DNA of 64,000 nt from Octopus sinensis (taxonomy: Eukaryota): the NCBI RefSeq assembly GCF_006345805.1, contig NC_042997.1, forward strand, positions 42,098,001 to 42,162,000. The letters are read 5' to 3'. The position numbers were made by a program, and so were the translations under genes. This document shows, one piece after another, positions 11,141 through 24,135 of the stretch. The stretch's first letter is position 1. Every line of letters begins with the position of its first letter. A model generated the notes under the pieces. That model saw only the letters and a list, made by a program, of their open reading frames with translations, was not told where the DNA came from and did no database searches.

Positions 11141-11535
11141 CTAGCAGTATCGCCCGGCGTTGCTCGGGTTTGTAAGGGAAATAACTATATAAGCATTTTT
11201 AGAGAGTTATAGCCAAAAAATAGCAAAAAAAATGCATTAAAAATGGAAAAAAAATTATGGTAAATTTTTCTTCAAATCATTGACTCATCGTAGACATTTT
11301 TAGAGAGTTACTTCCCTTAGCGAAAAAATGCATTAAAAGGGAAAAAATGATGGTAAATTATTTTTAAAATCGTAGATTCATCGTAGACGCGCGCTAATAC
11401 CCAGAAGGGCTCGATATGAATCACGACTATAAGATACCCGGTTTTGGTTAAACTGCACCGCAAAATGTGGGAGTAGTTAGGAATCTAAATCGTAGGAGAC
11501 AGACACTCACACAACTTCATTTTTATATAGAAAGA
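11141..11535 (-). mobile_element. Non-autonomous Helitron, copy 1
   Basis: Minus strand: A|TCTTTCTATATAAAA ... CCCGAGCAACGCCGGG hairpin-CGATACTGCTAG|T. Canonical TC/CTAG ends in an AT site, no TSD. Confidence 0.85.
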
Positions 11536-12047
11536 TTAGCCTGTTTATCATTATTTTCCGCAAAATCCATGGCGTCTTCTTTGGGATTCTTGGCAATCTT
11601 GATAAGGAAACGCTGATATAGATTCTTAACCAAGCTTTTTAGTGAAGCAATCCACATTTCAATCTAAATCCGAAATGATTTCGCATTCTTCGTAAAAGCA
11701 TAGTGTAGTACAATACAGGTCTCTTCGATGAAGGCTAACAGACCGAGACTTCGAAGTCACTGTCGTTACTCTTCTTATAATAGTATAATATACATACGGA
11801 TATACATACATACATTGTATATATATATATATTTACAGACACACAAATACGCTCACATACATTCACACACACGCATATGTGTATACCAATATATATATAT
11901 ATATGCATTTATAAACACACGTGCATCTGCATATATGTATGTGTGTGTAAAGTGTTAAAAGAAAGACAATTCCTTCATCAAACTAACTTTGAATATTACA
12001 GGAATATGCGGAAAAATAAAATATGGAAAGGAAAACTTAATTGCACT

Positions 12048-12049
12048 AC

Positions 12050-12114
<65 letters not shown>

Positions 12115-12129
12115 ATAATAATAATAATA

Positions 12130-12185
<56 letters not shown>
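12048..12185. repeat. Compound (ACT)n(AAT)n(GAT)n microsatellite
   Basis: Direct inspection. Confidence 0.95.
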
Positions 12186-12187
<2 letters not shown>

Positions 12188-12411
12188 CAAATTTTTGCCA
12201 CAAGGGTAGCTTGAGGGAGGAGATTAAGTCGATTACATCGACCCTAATGGTACTTATTTAGTCGACTTCGAAAGGATGAATGGCAAAGTGAACCTCAGCA
12301 GAATTTGAAATCAGAACGTAAAGACTTAGACAAGTGTCAAACCGTCAAAGTGACTGACGGCTTCATTTTTATTTTTGATTGGAGCTTAAGTAATTTCAGT
12401 TGGTCGCTATA

Positions 12412-12812
12412 TCTTTATATATAAAAGTGAGGTTGTGTGTCTGTCTCCTACGATTCAGATTCCTAACTACTCCCACATTTTGCGGTGCAGTTTAACCAAA
12501 AGCGGGTATCTTATGGTCGTGATTCATATCGAGCCCTTCTGTGTATTAGCGCGCGTCTACGATGAGTCTACGATTTAAAAAATAATTTACCATCATTTTT
12601 TTTCCATTTTAATGCATTTTTTCGCTATTATATAAGGGAAGTAACTCTCTAAAAATGTCGATGATGAGTGAACGATTTAAAAAAAAAATTACCATCATTT
12701 TTTTTCCATTTTTAATGCATTTTTTTGCTATTTTTTTGGCTATAACTCTCTAAAAAATGCTTATATAGTTATTTCCCTTACAAACCCGAGCAACGCCGGG
12801 CGATACTGCTAG
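12412..12812 (+). mobile_element. Non-autonomous Helitron, copy 2, inverted relative to copy 1
   Basis: A|TCTTTATATATAAAA ... CCCGAGCAACGCCGGGCGATACTGCTAG|T. Confidence 0.85.
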
Positions 12813-12883
12813 TTTAAATTATAAATTATGAACATGCAGTCAGACGCGCGCGCATACAAACACCTGCATGCATACATCTGTAA

Positions 12884-12917
<34 letters not shown>

Positions 12918-13408
12918 CTATACTGTGCGGTGTGTGTGCATGTGTGTGTGTGTATATATTCTACGCTCTTATAACACAAGTATGACAGCACGAAGATGTA
13001 TGTTTGATACTAACATTGCACAGAAACGGGTTATTTTTGTTGATATTAAGACATGAACGCACGCAAATGGTGCAACTCGCGAACCCTGTTCCACATAAAC
13101 AGACACATAACACATATTTACGTATACGTGTGTGTGTGCGAGCATGTGTATTGTGTGTGTGTGTGTATGTGTGTGTGTGTGTGTGTGTGTACCAATCTAG
13201 GATCATTGCTGTACTAACATCCTTTTAATGCTGTCAACACGTCTTCTCGACCATCGATCCTACACACCGATGTGGTTAACCGTGTGACGTTATCTTTTAG
13301 TAGAATCAAATGAAACACAAGGTTGGGAACCCGTTAATACTCCGCCTTGGCCGACGAAGTCTGTGATGAATGAAACACGAAAAGAAAAAGACTCCACTTG
13401 ATAAAGGA

Positions 13409-13591
13409 AGCAGGAGTGGCTGTGTGGTAAGTAGATTGTCTACCAACCACATGGTTCCGGGTTCAGTCTCACTGCATGGCACCTTGGGCAAGTGTCTTCT
13501 ACTATAGCCTCGGGCCGACCAATGCCTTGTGAGTGGATTTGGTAGACGGAAACTGAAAGAAGCCCATCGTATATATATATATATATATAAT

Positions 13592-13636
<45 letters not shown>

Positions 13637-13875
13637 GTATATGCGTGTGTGTGTTTGTGTGTCTGTGTTTGTCCCCTAGCATTGCTTGACAACCGATGCT
13701 GGTGTGTTTATGTCCCCGTTAGTTAGCGGTTCGGCAAAAGGGACCGATAGAATAAGTACTGGGCTTACAAAAGAATAAGTCCCGGGGTCGAGTTGCTCGA
13801 TTAAAGGCGGTGCTCCAGCATGGCCGCAGTCAAATGACTGAAACAAGTAAAAGAGTAAAAAGAGAGTAAAGAGAG
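13409..13875 (+). mobile_element. tRNA-derived SINE, family C (head, CORE-like part, microsatellite linker, B-like domain, GAGTAAAA tail)
   Basis: GCAGGAGTGGCTGTGTGGTAAG (A box), GGGTTCAGTCTC (B box), CCTTGGGCAAGTGTCTTC, tail GAAACAAGTAAAAGAGTAAAA. Confidence 0.9.
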
Positions 13876-14044
13876 TCACTAGAGATCGAAAGAGGCAGGG
13901 TTTAGATTTGGATTAAATTTTGTTCTCTGTATTCTTGATACCTTGCAATTTACAGGTCTCCAACAACCATCAATATATCTATCATCATATTTAGACGCGT
14001 GAATTTCGAATGTAATCATCATTTAGGATGGATAAAAATGTTGG

Positions 14045-14180
14045 TCTCAAGTTTTGGCACAAGGCCAGCAATTTCAGAGAGGCGGTAAGTCGATTACATC
14101 GATCCTACTGTTCAACTGGTCCTTAATTCATCGATCCAGAAAGGATAAGTCGACTTCGCTAAGCATTTTTCCTGGTGCAC
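14045..14180 (-). mobile_element. SINE family B fragment, internally deleted
   Basis: GGTAAGTCGATTACATCGATCC...ACTGGTCCTTAATTCATCGATCCAGAAAGGAT matches the reverse complement of family B. Confidence 0.6.
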
Positions 14181-14604
14181 TATTGATTCTGCCAGCTCAC
14201 TGTTAAAGAAGGATGAAAAATATTGCGTATAAAAGGAACAGGAATTTCAAAGGCATCAGCCCGGGAATTATCAAAAATATATAATTCAATTTTTAAAAAA
14301 GGAAAACCAGTGTTATTATCAAGATTATTCCGGTGATATGGGTACAAGTTCCTAACATGAAAACGACCTATATTCAATACTCTCAAATTAAGTACCAGTA
14401 TTGTACTCAAAATGTATTTTAAAAAAGGTTTAATAGGTTTATAGGTATTTAATTTGAGAAGCATTTGTAATAGAGATTCATATTTCAAAACTCGTGGTGA
14501 TTTCCAATAACTTTTCCCCCCACCTTTTCATGTCTAAGATATAATTTGTATATTAGATCCACATGCCTTACCGCTTTAGTCAAATAAGTTTATATATTAT
14601 TTTG

Positions 14605-14900
14605 TTCTTTTATTTATTTCAGTCATTTGACTGCTGTCATGCTGGAGCACTGCTTTGTACAAGTTTAGTCAAACGAATCGACCCTATCTTTTTTAAACCT
14701 GGTACTTATTCTATCGATCTGTTTTACCAAACTGCTACGTTACGGGGACATAAACACACCAACATCGGTTGTCAAGCGGTGGTGGGGAACAAACACAAAT
14801 ACAAACGTTCACACATATATACGCATACGATGAGCTTCTTTCAGTTTCCGTCTAGTAAATCCACTCACACGGCGCCACACTGGGACAGAACCCAGGACAT
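14605..14900 (-). mobile_element. Diverged SINE family C copy
   Basis: CAGTCATTTGACTGCTGTCATGCTGGAGCAC ... CAGTTTCCGTCTAGTAAATCCACTCAC. Confidence 0.7.
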
Positions 14901-14978
14901 GTGTTGGGAAGCTACGCCTGCGACTATATATATATATATATATAATATAGTATATATATATATATAATATATATATAA

Positions 14979-15250
14979 TAGAAGGCTATGGTTTTAGAAG
15001 GTTTTTAAAAAATATATATTTGAGTCATTATGTCTGAAGAATATTATAAATTTTTTTCATACAATGACATAATTTTTGAAGAAAGACCGGTTTCGCGTTC
15101 AGCTTTTCAAATTTCTTACATCGTTATGTTTACGTTGAGAAGTAGAGTGAAAGAGAGTTCCAGATAAGGGGCGGTAATAAGTGATTTCTTCCGGTGTAAG
15201 GGAGATAATCGCTTAATATTTCTTGCCTTTCTTTTGGAGTCAGTTTCTCT
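14979..15250 (-). mobile_element. PLE terminal repeat, same family as 53561-54363
   Basis: Shares ATGTCTGAAGAATATT, GAAAGACCGGTTTCGCG and GTGATTTCTTCCGGTGTAAGGGAGATAAT with the arms at 53.6-54.4 kb. Confidence 0.75.
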
Positions 15251-15257
15251 GTATATA

Positions 15258-15339
<82 letters not shown>

Positions 15340-15469
15340 TATATAGGATAAACTTCGACATATTTTCTGATTTATCATTATATCCTTTTAGGGAATTTCA
15401 TATCAGTGTTATAAAACATCTCAACGATTTACTGTGGAATCTGGAATGAAACTGAGAAAAAAGTGGGAA

Positions 15470-15620
15470 ATCTGTGAAAGGACAAAGACGGAAATGAAAA
15501 GTCAAAAGTACCTCACTGTTTTGTAAGACTTGTACACTGCCACTATTACATTGCCAAGAGGCGATTGTTAGACACGGTCTACAGGACAAGCATGTATTGT
15601 GCATGAAACAAAGTGTCCCC
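15470..15620 (+). pseudogene. Possible Cys-rich C-terminal remnant of a piggyBac-like transposase
   Basis: KSTSLFCKTCTLPLLHC resembles the T-x3-C-x2-C-x3-L-C motif. Short and otherwise unsupported. Confidence 0.2.
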
Positions 15621-15996
15621 CCCCCCGTTCTGTTGTAAATCAATTAGGATTTGGAGTTCTCGACTTTGCATTTGATAAAAATTATTTAATTATCATTGTT
15701 GGGAATGAACAAGTATTTAGATTAGTTCAAATATGTTTGAGATATATTTGATCTGCTCATAGGCCGTAGAGTTGTCTCTCTTGCTGTACGCAGTATTGAT
15801 GATTGCCAAAGAACGTGAAATGCATTCACTGTTCTGCCAAGAGAAGTCGCCTGAAAATTACTTTTGGCACTTTTCAATACCCAATGCCTTAAGTGAAAAA
15901 AGGTTCTCCACGGCAAATTTGGCCTTCGTACGAGTCAAATATGTTTCAAATTTATTCAGACTGATCTAAGTAATTGCTGATTATACACACATACAT

Positions 15997-16073
<77 letters not shown>

Positions 16074-16313
16074 TATGTGTATGTATATGAATACACATAT
16101 TCTCATCAATTCGTCAGACGAACTGATGAGAATACATTCTATTACGCCTACAAATCGTAGCCTGCTCACGAACTGGCAAAACATACTTTGTGTGCGTGTG
16201 TGTATGTGAGTGTGAGTGTGTGTGTGGTGTGTGTGTGTGTGTGTGTGTGTGTGTTCGATATTGTTTATATCCCTCGGATGCTTCTCATTCATATTTGAAT
16301 ATATCTACATAGA

Positions 16314-16855
16314 GAGTAATACCTCCCTTTACGAGGACCCGCTTTACAAGTTCTATTTTATAGTAAATATAAATTTTAAACAAAGTGCAAAAGTTTCTAC
16401 TACCATTACAAATGCTTCTGTGTGTTACCGAAAAATTCATAGAGTGCGGGGAAAAAAAAGCTTCCTCTACGCAAACAACTCTAGACTTGTTTTTTATGTT
16501 AAAATAAATCTACAAGCCGCCTACGATTATTTGTGAATCATCGATCGCGTCTACAAATGATGGTGTGCGCGAGTCTAGCGCGAGTGAAAGGGATTCAGAA
16601 ACGATTATAATAATATTTTTTATTATAAATGATTTTGACATCCTTTTGAATTTATATAAACTATTCTTTACATTCTACTGTTGTTTTATTGCTATTTATT
16701 TACGAGTATTATAAATTTTATAGGTAAAATTTTATTCAGGGGACGAATTACGATTCATAACATTGCTTCTATGGGAATTATTGCTCTGCTCCACGAGTTT
16801 TCGCTTTACGAACAGTCTCCAGGAACAAATTAACTCGTACATCGAGATATTACTG
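16314..16855. mobile_element. pogo/Tigger-like (Tc1-mariner) MITE
   Basis: Left end (G)AGTAATACCTCCCTTTACGA and right end TCGTACATCGAGATATTACTG form imperfect TIRs. Subterminal CGCTTTAC appears near both ends. Confidence 0.5.
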
Positions 16856-17147
16856 TGTATATAAAGGTTGTATTAGGTACCTGTTGACGGTTACAACGAT
16901 ACTTTAAAATGATCGACCTCAACTATATCACATGGTATCGAGAGAACTGCCATCATATCCTAGAGGTCGTTATGTCTTTAAGCATATTTCTGATTCGTTA
17001 AAATCGTTGCCCACATATTACATCAGACTTCTCAGTCAGGTATTCCATAAATGTTAAATAAATACTAGAGTCGATATAATTAACTAAAACGCTGTTCCAA
17101 CATATCCATATTGACTAAAACCAATAAAAGAGAAAAAGAGGGACATC

Positions 17148-17370
17148 TATTTCTTTACTACCCACAAGGGGCTAAACACAGAGGGGACAAACAAAGGGAT
17201 TAAGTCGATTACATAGACCCCAGTGCGTAACTGGTACTTAATTTATCAACCCCGAAAGGATGAAAGGCAAAGTCGACCTCAGCAGAATTTGAACTCAGAA
17301 CGTAGCAGCAGACGAAATATCACTAAGCATTTCGCCCAGCGTGCTAACGTTTCGGCCAGCTCACCGCCTT
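17148..17370 (-). mobile_element. SINE family B, full length
   Basis: Reverse complement matches 8002-8227 and 39967-40198. Confidence 0.9.
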
Positions 17371-17739
17371 TTAAGAGGGACATCATACAAGAAACCAAGT
17401 CGAAATCTGAAATTACATTTTCTTCGCGTTAACGTAATTCGGAAAAGAGAAAATTGATATTCTCCTCTAATTTATAACTGAATTTGTGCCAAACAGATTT
17501 TGTTCCACATAACTGAAGAGAGTTCTTCCTGTATTTCAAACACATCATCCAACTAGCTTTGACTGGGTCCCAACCTGTTTACATCTAAGTTCAAGGGAGA
17601 CATTGCAATACAAGATGATAACTACTAAAAGTTGCAATATTACAGATGCTGAGTGAATGCTTTACAAATTAGCTAAATCTCTGGAGAGAGCTTTAGAAAT
17701 AACCATTAATGTTAGTTCAAATAACTTTATACAGTTCAG

Positions 17740-17775
17740 CTAATCTGGAGCTCTGCTACTTTCAAAAAATGTAAT
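17740..17775 (-). CDS. Candidate terminal coding exon of an unidentified host gene (ITFFESSRAPD*)
   Basis: TTTTTAG acceptor. In phase 0 with the upstream exon across a 67-nt GT-AG intron. Confidence 0.35.
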   Translation of the reverse strand: MTFFESSRAPD

Positions 17776-17842
17776 CTAAAAACTACAGAAACACATAAAA
17801 ATATTAAAAACAACTTAAAAGTCAAAGAATGCAGAAACTTAC

Positions 17843-17999
17843 TTTGGAATAATCAAAGCAGACGATACGAGTCTCTTGGGTTAAAATGAAATTGTGAATG
17901 TTTCGTTTGTCGTTATTTTGAAAAGGATTGATAATAACAGCTGTTGACAGATTTACTTCACCACATCCCCGAACCATTTTTCTGTTTGCGAAACCGTGA
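17843..17999 (-). CDS. Candidate internal coding exon (157 nt), unidentified protein
   Basis: Pyrimidine tract ...CTGACAG acceptor. Open 52 codons HGFANRKMVRGCGEVNLSTAVIINPFQNNDKRNIHNFILTQETRIVCFDYSK ending exactly at a GTAAGT donor. Confidence 0.5.
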
Positions 18000-18118
18000 C
18001 TGTCAGTTTCCAAGATAAGGAAAAAAATGATAGGGAAAACGTCTTATCGAAAGACCTATCTTTCCTTTCTTCCTATTTCGCACTCCACTTCATATATTTA
18101 TGGTGAAAAAATAGAGTA

Positions 18119-18121
<3 letters not shown>

Positions 18122-18192
<71 letters not shown>
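18122..18192. repeat. Pure (CA)n microsatellite
   Basis: Direct inspection. Confidence 0.95.
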
Positions 18193-18195
<3 letters not shown>

Positions 18196-19057
18196 TAATG
18201 GTGTGTTCATAGCGTTTCGTTTCGTTGCTTGAATGTACTATAGTACATATCTATAAGTATTTTTTAGCCAACACTGTCTATTACGACCATTAGGAAGAAT
18301 TTGCCTGTAAATGTGTACAGAGAGAAAAGCGGGATAAAGTTGTACGCAAGTCTCGATACTTTTTTTTAGAGTCTTCATCAGGAGTTGAATGCCAGCTTTA
18401 ACTATCAACAAAAATATTGCTTATAAACCTATCAGACCCCCACACACACATGCATGTACTTTGCTACAGACATAAACAAATCGATAAGGAAAAGAAAACG
18501 AATTTGACTGTTCGTGCCCTGTCACGTGGAGTGTTTTTTGTTTGTAACAAATACATGAAATTCTGGCTTTATCTAGCTTTAGGAAATAGGTATCACAAGA
18601 AGGTATAATTCGTCGCTGCTAATACAGGGTAGTGCAGTCTAAATAACTCTGAGTAGATAGCACAGAAAGCTAAAACCTCAATGCTGGAAGAATGTATTAC
18701 AGGGAGGTACAAACCTCCTATCTCTAAATAGATGCCACAAAACTTGACATGTTATTCGCTGGTTTACAATGCAGAATTCAATTGCTTTGCGATTAAAGTA
18801 TCTTGTAATGTGTCTAGGTAAATAGCTGTTCTCACCCACTTAACGGTATTCAGAAAGAGAAAATAAGCATCTTTAGTTATCACGAGAAAAAGAAGAATAA
18901 AACCTCGAGTGGAAAGAATGGCACCTTATCCTCTTAGTTATTAGAAATCTTCTGAAAAGTTCTCAAAAGCGAGCAGAAGGATTTCTTATGAAGTAATTGA
19001 TATTTTAAGTACATGGTACAGACGTAAAATGAAACGTTTATGCCTTTTAAGAAGATC

Positions 19058-19070
19058 ACTACTACTACTA

Positions 19071-19112
<42 letters not shown>

Positions 19113-19135
19113 CACTACTACTACTACTACCACTA

Positions 19136-19200
<65 letters not shown>
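19058..19200. repeat. (ACT/ACC)n microsatellite
   Basis: Direct inspection. Confidence 0.95.
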
Positions 19201-19201
<1 letters not shown>

Positions 19202-21077
19202 AAGATGCGAGCTCACTGCCAACTCCTACGACACAATGATATTGAAAAGATATGAAGACAGGTGATGGATGGAACACCACACACACGCACACACACACAC
19301 ATACACAAGCACACACACACACATGTATGTATGCACAGACACATAAACACAAGTGCGTTTGTGCACGTTGACATGATACTCGGCGTCGTCCGAGAAAAAA
19401 CGGTTAGATAAGAGAATTCTTGAAAAACACTAATGGTAATTCTGTATAAATGTATTATTTGAAGCTCAATATTTATATTCTTTTGAGCAGAGGTACGCGA
19501 CTCAAATCTTACCACTCGCAGACAACAGGCAAACAATTCTCAGCAAAGCACTTTATAATAAGCTAAGTCGTTGGCTTCTTCAGATTGATGCATTGACGCG
19601 AAGAATGTCTATGCTTCAAATGAGTAAACATACAACCTATAATATTCCATGAGAGAAGCAAAGCTCTTCCAACTACTGTCCATTTGCTGGAAGTTGCGAA
19701 GCTTAGGCGTATAGGAACTTGGAGTCTCTTAAAGGGAAATATTACGCTAATGGGAATGACAGAAATATGAACACATATCCTGGAAAGTATTATAGCATCA
19801 ACATAGGAAGTAACATTTTTAGCATCCGGTCTTGTTCCATTATAGACGGAGTATGATGTAAACCCCAATTTAAGACTGAAACATTAAGGTGGGGCTCCAG
19901 GAGGATCCAGTCAACTTAGAAACTATGTTGGCGTGTTGACTACTGTGAATTGAATCTTAGAAGTCACCCTTACTAAACATCATTGCTATTTGGAGCTAAG
20001 GTTGCTGTATCACACAGCCACTTGTAATTTTGATAGTTTTCAGAAACATCTGGGAAAACCACTTCATTCAATTCGTTAACAGTTGGCACTGGCTGTTTCT
20101 GTGTCAATTGTTCTTATTTCATATGATTAGACTTTTCGATTGCTCAATTGCAGTAACTTGTTTGCAGATTGATCTGCTTGGTGGATGAAGGTAATTTTGT
20201 TATATTTCCATAAAAATATGACTTTAAACAATTTCTAACTTCTTCTGCTATTGGGCCTCTTAGAACAGCAAGCAAATGTATGTCTTTTACATTTATTATT
20301 ATTATTATTAATTTAGACTGGGGGAAAGGCTGTATCTACGGCTATCGCGGCGGGCCCTCCGTGACTTCTGCTTAAGCTGTTGCAAGTCGACAGCTGAAGG
20401 AACAACATAGGCAAGGAGGGAATTCTAGACGGCCGACGATCTGGGAAGAAAGGACTGAACACAGTGGTTTGTCGGGGCTTGGGGTGGATACAATCCGTTT
20501 GTCTGTCCTTGCTTGTCCCCTCTGTGTGTAGCCCATTGTGGGCAGTAAAGAAATATGAATAATGAGAAGGAAAGGTCCGAGTGATTCTTGGAGTGTTTCT
20601 GTGGATGTTGCTCGAAACCAGTCAGCTCCGAAGAACAGGAGCTGAGTAGTAAAAGTAGGAAAGGCAGAGGGAAAATACATCATGGCTGTGAGGGAGAGGC
20701 TGTTGTTTACTTTTGAGTTACTTTACACACACCAAACTAATTTTGCTATAGGTAGAGGGGCAATCGAATTCATTCACTCTATTATGTCGAAATAACGAAC
20801 CTAGCCGAAACTGAACCCACAACGGAACGGGAAAAGCTATAAGAAAAAAAACTTGGTGCTTTTACATAAATAATATTCCCACAAGATTATTGTGAAAGAA
20901 ATTACTAACCTGCACACAGACATACAGACAGACAGACATACAGTCTCTCTATCCCTACCCCATCCCTGTTTCTTTTCGGAAACTTATGTAAATATAGAAA
21001 TATAACTTCATGTCCTGTTGACAGTTGATAACAATCTTCCAGTCCCCCCATCAACGATTGCAACGATTTTAACTTAC

Positions 21078-21124
21078 TTCCAAGGAAACAACAAAGGCAA
21101 CTCATTAATCTCATCAGAAATAAT
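21078..21124 (-). CDS. Candidate 47-nt exon (IISDEINELPLLFPW in phase 0)
   Basis: TACAG acceptor and GTAAGT donor. The phase-2 end fits 17999, but the phase-0 start conflicts with the exon at 21247-21309. Confidence 0.35.
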
Positions 21125-21246
21125 CTGTATTTACACCTATATTTATGGCTTGCACTCCATTACTTGTACTTGCCAACACCCTGCTTCGTTTTTGCTTAAT
21201 TTACTTTTCATCTAGGACTACAGATAACACAGTGGGGCAAACTTAC

Positions 21247-21309
21247 GTAACATTTCCTTGCTCCATCATTAACAGCTGCGTCAACGAGAACAGCTCTTTA
21301 GTTTTCAGT
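21247..21309 (-). CDS. Candidate symmetric 63-nt exon (LKTKELFSLTQLLMMEQGNV)
   Basis: CTTTATGTGTCAG acceptor and GTAAGT donor. Only one frame is open, phase 2 to phase 2. Confidence 0.4.
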
Positions 21310-22870
21310 CTGACACATAAAGACATGAACTTGCGTGTGTGAGAGAGTATTTAAATAAGACTGATAAGATATATACATGATTCAAACACAGAGAGTATTT
21401 GTTTACCTGTGTATTTTTTATGCGCATACATGCAAGCCATCACGAAAATGTTTATAATGGAAATAATGGGAGCGGCTGAGGGCTTCGTAAGAAAACTACT
21501 TCATCATTGTTGGAATGTATCTTGTTGAGATTGTGTGTGTGAAGCATTGTCAGACCGACTTATTGTAATCTATCATCATTAAAAAATAGCTAATCATTTT
21601 CCCTCTGATCTTTGATGCAATGCTATGCTATGACATAACTTCAGCATTACGTTATTTGAGAATGTCTATGTTTGTAAGCACCAGAATTCTTTCCATGTAT
21701 TTTAGTTGATGAAATCGTTTTACTTTTGCTTTACAGATAACACGAAGAACGAAGGATTCACATACAGTGAATAATAAGCTATTTCAAAGACTGCTGGGTC
21801 TTATGTTTGAGAAGATCTACAGTTTGTGAGAACGAAAGAAAATCAACTCCTGAGACGATATGTATTCATCAAGTTATAGACAAAAGGAATAAATATTTCT
21901 CTCGTGCATTATGGCTATGCTTTGAGTCAATCGATTAATATAACGTGATTGAATGTATCTATCAATAGGTAACTACACCTATTGAGTTTTTCTTAGGAAA
22001 TCTGTTATTTTATTTCATACCATTAGATGTTTTTGAAATACTTAGAACTTTCGATCAGAAAGAAAACTCACAAAATGTTAGAATGCGATTTCAATTCACG
22101 GCCTTTGATCAGCCTCTCTAATGTATTACCTAATCTACTACTCATCCTGTCGTTAAAGTATTTTAATCAAACAAAACTTTATCTCTAACAAGAAAGATTA
22201 ATTAATACATGAAAGTTAAAACTTTTAATCGGGTCTTAAAATAATTTCTTATTTAAATAAATCTATTCAAGATTTAGTCTTTAAACAGAAAAGAACATTA
22301 TTTTGCCCAGTGAAATTTCTAAACACCAAGGCTAAAAATAACATAGAAAGAGAAAAGCTTTTGAAAACAAAACAGATAAAATTAGCTAAAGCCATACACT
22401 TATATTCTAAATTTAATTGAAGGCAGAGTTCTCAACCTAAGAGATCCTAGGAACCTCCCTCAAAAAATAAGGGAAATTGCACCCCAACCACTTTGTATAT
22501 TATTGAGAAAACGGTATAAAGTTTGCATTTATATGATTCTTGTTTGTTCGTTATGGTGTTGGGCAAGCTTAAAAATTTAGAAACCATCTTCATTTTCTTA
22601 ACCATGGCTGTTTCCCCCCACTCTCCTTCCATTTTCAATCATCACATACTTTTTCCCTACGAGAAACATTAAATTAAAGTTTGTGATAAGTTACAATGGT
22701 TTTAACTTCTCGACTAAAAGAGAAAATACTTCATGAAACCATTTTGGTTACACGTATTTTATTGGTTTATGTTTGTGAACTCAAGCGTATACGAATTAAC
22801 TGCACATAACCGCGCGCTCCCATGCACAGCTACTTACCTATCTACCTACCTACCTACCTACCTACCTACA

Positions 22871-22902
<32 letters not shown>

Positions 22903-23429
22903 CATACATACATACATACATACATACATACATACATACATACATACGTCAGTACTTACTATGAACAGTTACTACATTCATTATAGACCAAATTAGTAAA
23001 TCATGGTGTATGTGATAACAGCATGATATCACTACCACTGATTAAATTTTTGCGCCATTTTATCACTAAAATAATATTGCAGTTTTATTCCTTCTTACTG
23101 CTGTAATCCATTCTGGTTTGTCTGTCAAGCTATTAAATGAGATACAGTAAACTTCAATTCTACAGTTTTATCGTTTAGTATATATTCATTACACGACACA
23201 TACACGACAATTTATCATTTACAAACAAAGTAACAAGAACGTTTGAATCATAAACCAAATGACACGTTTTTTTCGTAGTATCAACTTTTGTGTATTTATT
23301 TGCTACTCCGCTCCCTCATACTGGACACTTTTGTTTATCCTGGTATCTTAGAATGTAATAAACTATGTCGATATATTCTAATAGAAAAAAAAAACTGCAT
23401 TCAAAATTATGATATAAGACAAAATGAAA

Positions 23430-23760
23430 CAATTTTTCTTTGGCCCACAACATTGTATGGGTATGCAGCATGGGTCTAAGGTTGGCTTACACCGATTTGT
23501 TGGGCAGCCTGTAGAGCGAACAATTCAGTCTTGGAGAACATAGGAGCGGATCGAAATCTTGTAACGTTGGTCACACGGCAAAAACTGCAACATTTTGGTG
23601 AAGTGCCCACTTCCTCGGGGGCTGGGTTGACGGAAAACAAGCTCACAAGGGGCAAAGACAAAGATGGTGTGATGACAATAAGAGCTAATCGAGGTGGACA
23701 CTGGTGGTGTGTACGACTGTTGTGTAGCATGATATCAATGACTAGTGATTGTGTCTGAGG
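23430..23760 (+). mobile_element. Decayed RTE-clade LINE 3' fragment
   Basis: TTLYGYAAW and VTRQKLQHFG resemble the RTE RT C-terminal motifs LYG-E-W and R-L--FGH. Confidence 0.45.
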
Positions 23761-24135
23761 CCTCTACACTTCAGTCATGACGATATGAATATTCATTCAT
23801 TCAACTTCTCATAAAATACATCTTATAATTTCCTGCCATTTCAAAATCTGTGCGCGATAACAAAACATTTTGATACCGCAAACTTCAAACAACTTTCAGA
23901 ATGCCAATGGAGTAAATTTGCATAAAAAGAACAAAGGAAAATAATTCTTGATTTACCAAATGCTTCCTCGCTTCGGCAGAAGTTAAACATGCATCTAGTT
24001 GACAACTGCAATTGATTCTGAATGAGAAGGGGAGATAATCTCAAGTAATCAGCAATTCTCCGAAATTTGTTTGTTTATTCGTTTCTTACTTTCTCTCGAA
24101 ACGAAGATAATTTCAATAAATAACAAATTTATCTA

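Noticed and set aside
18340-18392. CTGATGAAG...GAGAC motif on the minus strand as a hammerhead
   Set aside because: GAAA core is altered and no convincing stem I forms.
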